A DNA stretch of 64,000 nucleotides from Corallochytrium limacisporum Hawaii (lineage: Eukaryota; Protista; Pluriformea). Positions 21,835 through 32,017 of this stretch are shown in pieces; positions within the stretch are counted from its first letter, which is position 1, and each line of letters starts with the position of its first letter. The position numbers and the translations under genes are program-made. The DNA is taken from the NCBI GenBank assembly GCA_002811645.1, contig PDIP01000025.1, positions 1-64,000 on the forward strand, written 5' to 3'. The notes under the pieces were generated by a model. The model had not been told where the DNA came from and did no database searches. It saw nothing but the letters and a program-made list of their open reading frames with translations.

Positions 21835-23793
21835 CTACAAAGCCTCGGATAGGCTGCTAGCCCGGGCAAGGGGAATATTGTCGCTCCAACCGTTTGGATT
21901 GTTCACAGAGGCGCGCTTCATTGGGTCCCGGCGCCAGGTATACCATGTCGCTCCGGTTGCGACGGCGGCACCGACCGCCAGGCCCACAAATGTCATGCCG
22001 ACCACCAGTCCAACGTCGGTTGAATCGTCGGAACCACTGCTGCTGGCTCCAGTCTGCTGCGCGGCCAGTGCACCTCCGGAGTTGCGGTCAATGCTACAGC
22101 TGCAACCCTCGGGCGTATCTGGGCCACAAGCCGACGGATCCGCGACCGTTAGGCCTCGGAAGTTGCCTTCCGCAGGCTGTCCACTTGCGAAACTGACCCA
22201 CTCGTAGTGATGGCTGAAATCGAATACCTCCGACACGCCGGAAGATTCTGTGGACCGCTTGCGCGATCCAACCACGGTCATTTGCACCGGCACCTGGTCC
22301 ATGCTTCCACTCGACTCGGCTTCAGCAATCTCGTACCCTTCTTCGTTGAACCAAATGTCCACCGTGTAGTTGAATTGGATGACGACATCACCTCCGTGGG
22401 GGTTGAAGCTGAACTCAACAGGCCAGGTCCATTTCTCGCTCGGAATGCCACGGACAGTGTCACGGCCGAGGTACCGAACGCCTTGGGCAGGGATGCGGAA
22501 CAGATCGCTCACACCTTGAATGTGACCGGCCTCACCGTTGGAAGAGGAAAAGAAGTCACGTGCAATGAGCGAAATGTTGCAATTTTGTAACGCTGCGTCC
22601 AGGTCGCCTGTGTCTTCGACGCTGAAACGCAGAATGTATCCGTCCCACTCATTGTTGGCCTGGTCCGGATGAGGATGGTACGGCGAGTCGTCGCCATACT
22701 CGAGGACGAGGCGTTGGCTATGGAACGGTGCAATGGTACGTCGGGCACTAACCTGGTTGGGTTCGTCGTAGAGTTCTTCCTGGACGACTGAATACTCACC
22801 GCGGATGTTGGCCTCCGCGACCGCGCTGAACTGGCGCGGGAGCGCGGGGATGGATTTATCCTCACTCTCACCACAGCGAGATGGCTCATAGGTCAGGAAA
22901 CACGGGCAGGAGTAGTCATCTGGCTGTCCAGTCGGGTCGCACGCCTCCGGGTCGCACAACGCCACGTGATTAAAACGGTATCGAGACGGTTCCTCGTCAA
23001 AGAACGCAGTGTAGTGATACTCGTGCTCCATGTCAGGCGGGGTGTCATCGCCCACTTTCCTGGTGCCGGTCAGACGGGCAAGGACGGGTGTGCTCTTGTT
23101 GGGCGTCGGATCGTTCCAGAAATGATTCGCTGGAGTGAAGTCTTCACTGTCCACAAAGTGGTACTCCAAAGTTGCGTCAATTTGCACCTGCTGACCATCG
23201 CTGTTGGTGTAATTGTACACGATGGGACTGGTCCATTTGTTCGTGGGTATGCCCCGGACAGTGTCCGTCCCGTCGTACGTCTCCTGGAACTGTGCGCCGA
23301 AGCGCAAGATATCCGACGTCCGGCGCAAGTGTCCCTCCTGCGAATTATTCGGATCAGCGAAAAAGTCGCGCACTGGGAAGGTTGCATTGCAGCTGCGCAT
23401 GACTTCATTGTCGGCGTTCTCGCTCTCAGCGTGCGCGTGGCGGTTGTATGTAACCACCATCAGCCTTCCGGCGAACTTGAAGCCGTCGTTGTCGCCCGTC
23501 TGTGCGAGGTTAAGGTACTCGGGGTACGGATGGTAGGGTGATGTATCACCGTATTCAATAAGCGAAATGGCAGTGCCATCCGCGCCTACAAAATCACTGC
23601 GATAAACTTGGTTACTGGTGGAATACGCTTCCCGGCCGATAACGTTATAGCCATTTTGCAGGATGTTCGCCTCCACCTCGGCAATCCAGGCCTCTGGCAA
23701 TTCAGGCAGATCCGGATCCTCACCCTGAACCTGTACCAACACAATGGCCATGGCAAGAATGCTGAACACCAAGAAATGCAATGATTCTTTCAT
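21835..23793 (-). CDS. Type I membrane protein with two tandem ependymin/LolA-fold-like domains
   Basis: Signal peptide. Duplicated motifs P.LP..(W/F)...EANI, EYGD.SPYHP.P, RDFF, DTVRGIP..KWT.P. C-terminal TM followed by WRR. Confidence 0.75.
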   Translation of the reverse strand: MKESLHFLVFSILAMAIVLVQVQGEDPDLPELPEAWIAEVEANILQNGYNVIGREAYSTSNQVYRSDFVGADGTAISLIEYGDTSPYHPYPEYLNLAQTGDNDGFKFAGRLMVVTYNRHAHAESENADNEVMRSCNATFPVRDFFADPNNSQEGHLRRTSDILRFGAQFQETYDGTDTVRGIPTNKWTSPIVYNYTNSDGQQVQIDATLEYHFVDSEDFTPANHFWNDPTPNKSTPVLARLTGTRKVGDDTPPDMEHEYHYTAFFDEEPSRYRFNHVALCDPEACDPTGQPDDYSCPCFLTYEPSRCGESEDKSIPALPRQFSAVAEANIRGEYSVVQEELYDEPNQVSARRTIAPFHSQRLVLEYGDDSPYHPHPDQANNEWDGYILRFSVEDTGDLDAALQNCNISLIARDFFSSSNGEAGHIQGVSDLFRIPAQGVRYLGRDTVRGIPSEKWTWPVEFSFNPHGGDVVIQFNYTVDIWFNEEGYEIAEAESSGSMDQVPVQMTVVGSRKRSTESSGVSEVFDFSHHYEWVSFASGQPAEGNFRGLTVADPSACGPDTPEGCSCSIDRNSGGALAAQQTGASSSGSDDSTDVGLVVGMTFVGLAVGAAVATGATWYTWRRDPMKRASVNNPNGWSDNIPLARASSLSEAL

Positions 23794-24892
23794 ATTTCCC
23801 CAAACCTCTCTCGAACGAACTATTGACCTATCTCCGCTTATCTTTGGTCCACGGCTTTATCTACGCTTTCCCTCTTTCTCCCCAGACTTTGTTGATGTTG
23901 GTGATTGCGCTGCGTCGATCGCCCGCTGCACCTATCCCAATACATTAGATCACTGGCTGAACTAACGCGATCACATTTTCCGCCAAAGTGAGAATTGTAA
24001 ATGCCCGCGGTCATCCAAATACCTGGGCACATCACCCGAATCGCTCCCGGTGTCTATCAAGCGACGATGATCCACCGATCAGCGCCGCACAGAGGGGAGG
24101 GCCCGGGGCGGAACCCACCTGACGTATGCCGACTGAACGAGGAGGGGGCAAGCCAAGCCAGAAGGACAGCATAGATCCAAGAAAGTTACAAACAGATAGT
24201 ATATTTACTATAGACAAAGAGAAAATGCCAATTCTCTCTCCCCCTCCCCACTCCCCCGAAGGGGGAGGGGGGCAAGCCACGAAAATCTTTAGATGGCTTT
24301 GGAACCATCTCCCCCCCCCCCGCGGGGCGCGGGGCTCTCTCTCTCGCGTTCCAAAGCTTTTTTCATTTAAAATTTTCCCTTTTTTCTTGGTTCGTGCCGA
24401 GAGAAATTTAGCCACTTTCCCCCCCGTTATTTTCCCAATCTTCCGCCGGGGAGCCACACCCACCGCAAAAGAAAAGAAAAAGGAAGGAGAGCGAGAAATG
24501 TTTAAAAAAATAGACGTTCCACCGCCGTGTGAGTTGGCAGGTTTTTGTTGTGTTATATTTTTTTTGTTGTTTAAACTTTCAAACTCTCACCGCTTTTTTT
24601 CCTTTTTAAACTTTTGTCTTTGTTTCTTTTCTTTGCCTTTGGCTCTTTTGGGTTTTCTTGTGACGAAAAGTTCGGAGCCCTCAAACGCCCGGGGGCCAAA
24701 AAGGCGGTGCGTGGTGGTTTCTGGTCGGTCAGGAGAGAAGAAGGAGAAAAAGAGTGAGTCAGTCAGCGCCAGCGGGGGGGAGAACGAAAAGGAAGTAATT
24801 CAAACCAACCCCGGGTCAAAGGCAAGTGAGAGCGCGGTGAGCTCCGGCTTGGACTGCCTACGTACCCGCAAGAACACACTTCACTCACTCAC

Positions 24893-24938
24893 GCTCTCTC
24901 GCTCTCTCTCTCTCTCTCTCGCTCTCTCGCGCTCTCTC
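24893..24938. repeat. Imperfect (CT)n tract
   Basis: gctctctcgctctctctctctctctctcgctctctcgcgctctctc. Confidence 0.85.
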
Positions 24939-25045
24939 AGTTTAAACAGGGCACTGAGTACGAGCCCGAGCTGGGCATGGTCCAAACCCATCCATCTTTT
25001 CTCCTTGTTCTTTCGCTAAGACTTTGCGCGGATCACACAACGTTG

Positions 25046-25081
25046 GTGTGTGTGTGTGTGTGTGTGCGTGTGTGTGTGTGT
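25046..25081. repeat. (GT)n microsatellite
   Basis: ~18 GT units with one interruption. Confidence 0.95.
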
Positions 25082-25638
25082 ACTGCAAGCAGCCGATGTC
25101 GTGTGGCACACAAAGCCACTACGCGATAATCTCGTCTGTCGCTGCTCAAGTAGTGTTTGGTTTTGGGCGGGCGAATGGTTCGGTACGATCTGTGAAATTT
25201 AAAAATAATCCGTATATTAATAGATCCCGGGCTGGGCCGGCCATGCACGGCAGCCCCTTGTTGATTAATTGTTCCCATGGTGCCCCGTGGTGTTTTCCGT
25301 CTGGGGATGGATATTATAAAAAGTCCGGATATTAGTCCCCCGCCTTTGTTGTACGTCCGTCCGTCCTCTCGGGCGGGGGAGGGCCGTTCGCCTCACTTTT
25401 GGCTTGTGTTTATTTTTTGCCTTGGGGGAGGGGTCAGGTCTTGCTCTCCGCAGTCCTTTGGTGGCTGGCTGGCTGAGTGTGGTGGTGAGGAGCACAGTCG
25501 CACCGCCCATCGGCCGCGCACGCACCCAGAGCCGAATGGAATGCCGGTCCAACAGCATGCCACAAGCTACTTAGGGGACAGCTTGAACAGGACACATTGT
25601 GGTAAAGGGCATAGATTTCTGAATTAGATCAAGATACC

Positions 25639-26245
25639 ATGGCATACAGACGGAAAAAGGGTGGCAGTGGGCCAGAGCGAGAGGCCGAACTGGAGCCACT
25701 GCTGGAGGACCATGAACAGAAATCGCGGCCTCGGCCGACAGGGATCAAACGGGGTGATGATGAATATACTGCAGCACAGTTTGAGACGGCTCCAGATCCG
25801 TTCCCAACGGTTCCTGTGCTCTTTGCACTCTTTCTTTCGTCGATCGGTGCACTGTGTTTGGGTGTCGCCTTTGGGAGGGCGATCGGGGTTCTTCCAGAGC
25901 AAGAAGTAAGTATTATAGTCGCAAGTTTTTGTGTGTTGGGGGGTCGTTTTTGTGGGATGATAAGGTCTTTTGGCCTTTGCATGCCCACAAGGTTTGTGCT
26001 TTGTGTGCAATCTACTATTCTTTAACGGTGAGAAGTTTTGGGCCGTGGCATCATGACTAACACGTTCGCCACTTTCAAACGTTTTGTTAATTTTCCCGTA
26101 TCAAAAGGAACAGGACACTATCCTCCCATTGTTAGGACTATCCATGTTGACCTTGACACCTGGCGTGTATCATCTGCACATTGCCTACGGTGCGTACTGT
26201 GGATGGCCTGGTTATAGCTACGCAGATGTTCCAAATCTTTTCTAG
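25639..26245 (+). CDS. TMEM230: TMEM230 homologue, two exons (25639-25905, 26114-26245), ~132 aa
   Basis: Exon 1 DDEYTAAQFETAPDPFP plus TM. Donor GTAAGT at 25906, branch TGACTAAC at 26054, acceptor CAG ending 26113. Exon 2 DTILPLLGLSMLTLTPGVYHLHIAYGAYCGWPGYSYADVPNLF* matches the TMEM230 C-terminus. The ORF track misses the spliced form. Confidence 0.88.
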
Positions 26246-26327
26246 AACCCATCCACTTGAAATTATGATTATTAGAGTCTCTTTAAAGAACCCGCAGTTT
26301 TCCTTCCGTTGTTACAGGACCCATGGA

Positions 26328-28859
26328 TTACTTCGGTTGGTTAGCAGCATCTACCTTCTGAAAGAACGCGTCCAGGGCCGCACCAGCCTTTGGCTGCTGC
26401 TGTTGTGACTGCAGCTGTCGCAAAAGCTGCTCTTCGCTCATTGGTGGCTGACCAGAGGTTGGTGGATTACCAGGTGGCGGTCCCTGAGGTGGAATCATGC
26501 CCGGAGGTGGCGGTCCCCGGTAGTTTGGAGGATAGCCAGTGTATCCCGCACCTGGAGGTGGGCCGCCTGGAGGCGGGCCTCCCATGTATGGAGGGCCCTG
26601 CATGCCGGGGCGAGGCGGTCCTTGCTGCGGAATGCCCTGTTGGGGTATGCCCTGAGGAGGACCGTGGCCGGGAGGAGGCGGTGTGCCCATTCCCGGAGGA
26701 GGGATCCTCATGCCTGTGTGCATGCCCGGGTGCGGTGGGTAGGGCATCGTGGCGGGACCACCAGGTGGAGGAGGTGTGCTGGTGCTACCTGACGGAGGTA
26801 GGCGGTGCTGACCGTACAGGTAATCAAGGCTACCAGGGCCACGCGGCTGACCCTGCTGTTGCTGCTGCTGTGGCGGCGGCTGTTGCGGCGGCTGTTGCGG
26901 TTGAGAAGCGGGAAGTGGCGGTTGCTGCTGCGGCGGCTGCTGCTGCTGCGGCGGCGGATACATGCCCGCAGGGTATTGAGGGGGACGCTGATTCGGACTC
27001 CCCATAGCCATGGGCGGCATCATACCCGGTGGAGGCCCACGAGGTTGCATGCCCGGAGGCACCTGCTGCGTCTGTTGCGGAGGAAGGGGCGGCGTGGCCT
27101 GCTGTGCAGGATGCTGTATGGGATGTCCGGCAGGAGGTCCTTGCTGCGCCTGTTGCGGCTGCTGCCTTTGATCCATAGTGGGATAGGTGTAGTGTTGCGG
27201 TGCAGGCTTGTCCTGAGAGACAGGGGTGCTCTTACCAGACGATCCTTGGCTTCCCGTATTAGCCCCTCCGGCCTTTTCGGCAGCCATTTGTGCCTTTTTC
27301 TTTGCACGCATGGCCTTCAAAACAGAGGTGGGAACGTTGCCGCCGAATGCCTTCAAGTCAATGCCAGTGTCAGTGGTTGGTCGCGGTGGTTGCTGGGCTT
27401 GTGCCTGCGGCGGCTGCTGAGGCATTGGCACCGCCTGCTGCTGTGGGACCTGTTGCACCTGGTGACCCGGATGAGGGGGTCTCTGCTGCCACATTGGATG
27501 CATTTGCTGCTGCTGGCTCGGGTGCTGCATCGGCGGTACCTGTTGGAACGGAGGTTGCTGCTGTGGAGTTGGTCCCCTGTTCTCTTTGAGCATTTGGCCG
27601 ACCTTGGCGATGTCGTCGTCATCATCAAACATGGCAGAGAAGCGGCTCTCCTGTTGCTCCCACATCTTCTCTATTTCCTGCATATCCTCTTCCTCTACCC
27701 GTCTACCATTGGTTGCCAACTTTGACATGTCCGTTTCCAAGGCGCCCATGTCTCCGAAGGTGTCTTCGTTGGCAGCGTCTGGATCATCCAAATCACCCTT
27801 AGGGCGACCCTCATCCCGAGGCAACACACCGAATGAGAATTCCCCGGCGTCATTGGTACCAAACAGATCTCTCTTCTTGCCTGGTTTTTCTTTGCGGCCA
27901 GGCTCATCCCGCGGGAGAACCCCAAAAGCAAAATTACCCTCATCATCGAGTCCCATCCTCGTTGTACGCTCACTGCGCTCCTTCCGAGACAAGCCCTGAA
28001 GCATACCATAGCTGTCATCGTCTGGATCTGGAAGTGCAGGTGCACTGCTCATATCACCAAAGGTGTCGTCATTGCGGGAGTCGTAATCGTCATTCTGATG
28101 GTGGTCTTTCTGGGTATAGGGGGAATAGCCTGAGCCACTTTGGCCCCTCTGACGACCGCGACGCACGTCTCGATCCGCTCCGCGGGAGTCTAAAAGCCTA
28201 TCACGACTACCCCTGGTACCGCCACTGTTTTCATAGCTGCGAGTACGGCTCAAACTGTTGTTCTCCATCTGGATGGTCTTAATTAAGCCCTTCTTAAGGC
28301 CTGGAGGAGCAGCCTTACAGATTGGCATATCTTTCAAAGCCATCAGCTCAGGCAAAGAATATTTGTGATCGCCTAACTTTTGCGGATAGATCAATTTTTG
28401 CTTTGCAGCAAAGTCACGCTCAATTTCTGCTTGGCGGGCAGCATGTAGGTCTCGCTCAGCTTGCAAAGCCACCTCCAGCATTTCTGCTCTCATAGCAGGA
28501 TTGCCTCCTGACGGCAATGTCTGAGATTCATCGTCAGTTTGGACTCTCCCAAATATGGCATCCACTGGCGAAGCACCCGGGGGAAGCCCAGCAGGTGCAT
28601 CTGGCTTCCTCTGCAAAAATGACGAGAAATCGAAAGCTTCCTTTCGTGGACTGGTGGAGGCTGCAGTGGCCCCCATCAGCACCCTTTCAATATCATTGGC
28701 CTTCACGGAAGGTATCTGATTGCGTGACTGCCTACCACCACCGTAGTCACCGCGTCTTGATCCCTTGCGATCGCTGCTACGACGTCCTCCATTTGAGCGT
28801 TCAGGATTGGTCGCCCACCGTGGATCATTTTCCACGTCATTTCGTGGCCTATTTGCCAT
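26328..28859 (-). CDS. eIF4E-binding, 4E-T (EIF4ENIF1)-like P-body/translation repressor with P/Q-rich C-terminus
   Basis: HKYSLPELMALKDMP (YxxxxL-phi), SRFSAMF, VPTSVLKAM (4E-T FTPTSV.RKM-like), FDF and two N(D/E)DTFG motifs; disordered 843-aa ORF. Confidence 0.7.
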   Translation of the reverse strand: MANRPRNDVENDPRWATNPERSNGGRRSSDRKGSRRGDYGGGRQSRNQIPSVKANDIERVLMGATAASTSPRKEAFDFSSFLQRKPDAPAGLPPGASPVDAIFGRVQTDDESQTLPSGGNPAMRAEMLEVALQAERDLHAARQAEIERDFAAKQKLIYPQKLGDHKYSLPELMALKDMPICKAAPPGLKKGLIKTIQMENNSLSRTRSYENSGGTRGSRDRLLDSRGADRDVRRGRQRGQSGSGYSPYTQKDHHQNDDYDSRNDDTFGDMSSAPALPDPDDDSYGMLQGLSRKERSERTTRMGLDDEGNFAFGVLPRDEPGRKEKPGKKRDLFGTNDAGEFSFGVLPRDEGRPKGDLDDPDAANEDTFGDMGALETDMSKLATNGRRVEEEDMQEIEKMWEQQESRFSAMFDDDDDIAKVGQMLKENRGPTPQQQPPFQQVPPMQHPSQQQQMHPMWQQRPPHPGHQVQQVPQQQAVPMPQQPPQAQAQQPPRPTTDTGIDLKAFGGNVPTSVLKAMRAKKKAQMAAEKAGGANTGSQGSSGKSTPVSQDKPAPQHYTYPTMDQRQQPQQAQQGPPAGHPIQHPAQQATPPLPPQQTQQVPPGMQPRGPPPGMMPPMAMGSPNQRPPQYPAGMYPPPQQQQPPQQQPPLPASQPQQPPQQPPPQQQQQQGQPRGPGSLDYLYGQHRLPPSGSTSTPPPPGGPATMPYPPHPGMHTGMRIPPPGMGTPPPPGHGPPQGIPQQGIPQQGPPRPGMQGPPYMGGPPPGGPPPGAGYTGYPPNYRGPPPPGMIPPQGPPPGNPPTSGQPPMSEEQLLRQLQSQQQQPKAGAALDAFFQKVDAANQPK

Positions 28860-30095
28860 TATTTGTTCAATTGGATGGTGTAAATTTCTATAATGAGATG
28901 CTCACATTGCGGTGTATGTTTGTGAGCACAGTACCCTAGGCTCTTATTTACTCTTTCTACCGAACTCAAATGAGTACGTGGCAAATGACATAGCGCCTAC
29001 CTTAAAAGATTGTCTAGAAAATAGTTTAAAATACCATCACCTATGTGGACTCAAAGAAGGAATTAAACATGACCACTCAAGAGCTCTTGCTGTGTAATCA
29101 CGCACACCATTATATCTGGTAAGTGCCACACACCCATTTCTGCTGCAAATCACAAACGTGGTTGTACGGTCCCTCCTTGCAAACGGGCACATCCATTCCT
29201 GCTGCTACATGTGTGCACCGTACTGCAATCGCTCAGCATATAGTATGACGGGGACTTCGGCACTTTCGTGCGATGAACGGGAGAGATCGTCGGCCCGCAA
29301 ACGGCCATATGGTTACCACAAAGCAAGGGCGAAAGTGTTCCTGAGACACAGCCCCGAGCAGCTGGAACAAGCGAGCGAAGTGCAAACACTGCGCCGTCCC
29401 CAGCCGGCAATGACAATGGACTTTTTCATCGCACAGCCATTACTGTCGCACCAAAACAGAGGGGCGAGGGGGCTGCGGTGCTGCCGCTGTTGCCCCCCCC
29501 CCCCACAGCAAAATACCCCCCCCCCCCACAGCAAAATACCCCACATGCCTGCTCAGGGCTTCGCGGGCCATACCACCTAACATTCAGTATGGGGTCTCTC
29601 AGGGACCTGTCTGGCAGATACCAACTTTTTTTTTCCAACCGCTGTTGTTTTCCCTTTTATCTATTTATTTCCCTGCCTTTCTTGCAGTTTTAATGGGTTG
29701 CAGGGAAGGGGAGGGGGACCGTCCGCGCTCCCCCCCCCCCCTTGGTGGAAGTCAACCTCATTAGCATGGATTCATGAGCTGGCACGGGTGAGGGGTTTGG
29801 TGGTGAGAGCGAGCGAGAGAGAGAGAGCCGTTTCGGGGTCTGCCACGAGGTTGCTTTCCCGACCCCGCCGTCTCCAACACCCCTTGCCTAGGCACCCTTT
29901 CCGTGCGAAACCCTCTGGCAGGGCCTCTACGGACTCGCCACCCTCTCACCCGGTGGCACCCATCTCATGGCCACTGGGCGCTGTCTTCATGAACTCACCT
30001 TGAACATCACCTTTCCTGCAGTAATCCAGCCCTACATGGAAGTGAGAATGAACGCGGCTGAACACTTAAACGGACCTTCTTTAACATAGTTTATT

Positions 30096-31448
30096 TCATA
30101 CTGATGAGACCAAGTCCTCAGCAAAGCCAATCTCTGGTTGAGGGACATGGGTCAAGCCTTCGTGGTATAGTGTGGGCCCAGTGCCACTAATGGTTCCTCC
30201 ACCGAGGCACTCATCATCTCTGTAGAAAGCAGCAATCTGTCCCGGATTCACTGCGCGCATGGGAGTCGTAAGCGTCACTCTTGCTTTAACGAAGACATCA
30301 GAATCGCCAGCGAGGTCACCATCGACGTCCACTTGAACCTTGGCGGAGAAGAGAGTCTGACGGTGCCGGATCCGCACAAAGCAGTCAACTGCACCATCAT
30401 CGGACTGTTTGGCAAGCCGAGCCATTGTTGGCCCCATGTATAGTCGATCGACAGAGAAGTTGTTGGTGTAGAGCAAAGGATGGTTCACTCCAGGTGCAAT
30501 GTGCACGGTATTCTTCAATCCGTCCTTGCGGACCACATACATCTTCTTTCCACGCTCCTCAAGAGGAACTGATGGGTGGCCATCGCGCGAGCGAACATGC
30601 TTGACCATCTGACCTACTGTAAAGTTGAAATGCCCCATGTGATGCACACCCGGGATTACCTCTTCAGTCCTCCCGTCGACGAATGATCCAGGTAACGGAT
30701 CAATGTAGTTCCCCAAGAAGTCCGAAAAGCTACGACGTTTCCCTACAAAGCAGACCCCCATGCTTTCCGGCTTATTCGCGACTGGCAGATCAAGACTCAT
30801 GGCAATCTCGCGCACCTGAGCCTTGTACAATCCACCTAATGGAAAGATGCACCGCCTTAGACGATCTTGAGGAATTCCTGATAGGAAAAAAGTTTGGTCC
30901 TTGTCCGGATCCGTAGCACACTTCAATACAACGGATCCTGCAGGATCATCCAAAAAGTCAAGGTTTGCATAATGACCCGTGCTAAGGTAATCTGCCCCAA
31001 TGTCCTTCTTAATCCGATCCATAAACGCCCTGAACTTGATCTCCCTATTGCAGAAGAAGTCAGGATTTGGTGTGAAACCAGCTTCGTACGCGTTTATGAA
31101 TGGCTCAAATACATCGTGCCAGTATTCTTGTTCTAGATTGAATTCATGAAACGGTATTCCAAGGTGTTTGCATACTGCAGCAGCATCTGCAGCGTCTGCG
31201 TCAGCCGTGCACACTCCGGTCTCTTCCAGACCGTTCCAATTACGCATAAACGCGCCAACTACATTATATCCACAACGTTTCAAAAGAAATGCTGCCACTG
31301 ATGAATCTACACCTCCACTCATACCAATCACGACCTTTGAACGCTTTGGTGGCCATGCTTTGGTCTGTAAATGAAAAGATCTCCGACTGCCAATGACACG
31401 GAGGTGCTGGCTTCCAAATATTCTTTGCAAATGCCGTGACAATATCAT
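30096..31448 (-). CDS. TRMU: Mitochondrial tRNA-specific 2-thiouridylase (MnmA/TRMU)
   Basis: Arg-rich presequence, MSGGVDSSVAA, TPNPDFFCNREIKF, TGHYA, KDQTFFL, KPESMGVCFVG, PGQIAAFY...CLGGG. Confidence 0.97.
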   Translation of the reverse strand: MILSRHLQRIFGSQHLRVIGSRRSFHLQTKAWPPKRSKVVIGMSGGVDSSVAAFLLKRCGYNVVGAFMRNWNGLEETGVCTADADAADAAAVCKHLGIPFHEFNLEQEYWHDVFEPFINAYEAGFTPNPDFFCNREIKFRAFMDRIKKDIGADYLSTGHYANLDFLDDPAGSVVLKCATDPDKDQTFFLSGIPQDRLRRCIFPLGGLYKAQVREIAMSLDLPVANKPESMGVCFVGKRRSFSDFLGNYIDPLPGSFVDGRTEEVIPGVHHMGHFNFTVGQMVKHVRSRDGHPSVPLEERGKKMYVVRKDGLKNTVHIAPGVNHPLLYTNNFSVDRLYMGPTMARLAKQSDDGAVDCFVRIRHRQTLFSAKVQVDVDGDLAGDSDVFVKARVTLTTPMRAVNPGQIAAFYRDDECLGGGTISGTGPTLYHEGLTHVPQPEIGFAEDLVSSV

Positions 31449-32017
31449 TTTGGTTCTATTTTCACTACGATCCCTTCATCATGTTATCTTCCTACAAGTT
31501 ACACTCTAACATCCACCCTGATAACTCGCTCAGTCACCCTGATTCAACTACACTTCGATACAAGTACCTCGGTTGCGGCCCCCATGTGAAGATCCATCCG
31601 CCTGGGTGAGGCGAGTACCTCCCACCTGACCCACCCTACAGCGGTCCCTAAAATACATCAATAGTATTGATATTTAATTGTATCAAACCTGAGCCATTTT
31701 GGGGCAAACACGGCAGGAGGGGGTTCCTTGCCTAAAAATAGGGGCCCGGGGTTGGGAGCGAGGTGTGCGTAAAAATAATGCCATAGAATGAAGTGGAAAG
31801 AACAAGCAATTGCTTGACCGTTGGTCATGCTGCAGAATTTCGTATAGCCTCCTGGTGTTTGCCTTCTTTTAGACTTCTCTTGCTTCCGCCTGCAGATCAA
31901 GGCATCGTATGTTACATAACCGCACTGGTAGAAGAAGGAGAAGTAAGGGAGAGTTCCCATCCTTAGTTGCCTTGGATGTGGATCTGTTTGGACTTTTATC
32001 ACGGGTCGTCGAACATT

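Noticed and set aside
24126-25019. 297-aa ORF and similar F/P/G/K-rich ORFs at 11.6-13.5 and 16.2-18.6 kb
   Set aside because: Stop-poor by-products of homopolymer and microsatellite tracts; not protein-like
25906-26025. C-terminus of the 128-aa ORF in the track
   Set aside because: Read-through into the TMEM230 intron; the true C-terminus is in exon 2
26390-27725. Long antisense/alternative-frame ORFs over P/Q-rich and repeat-rich genes (also 34331-35173, 55614-56369)
   Set aside because: Shadow ORFs expected from codon bias on the coding strand
29491-29545. Duplicated poly-C-acagcaaa(a)tacccc unit
   Set aside because: Lies in a homopolymer island and may be an assembly artefact
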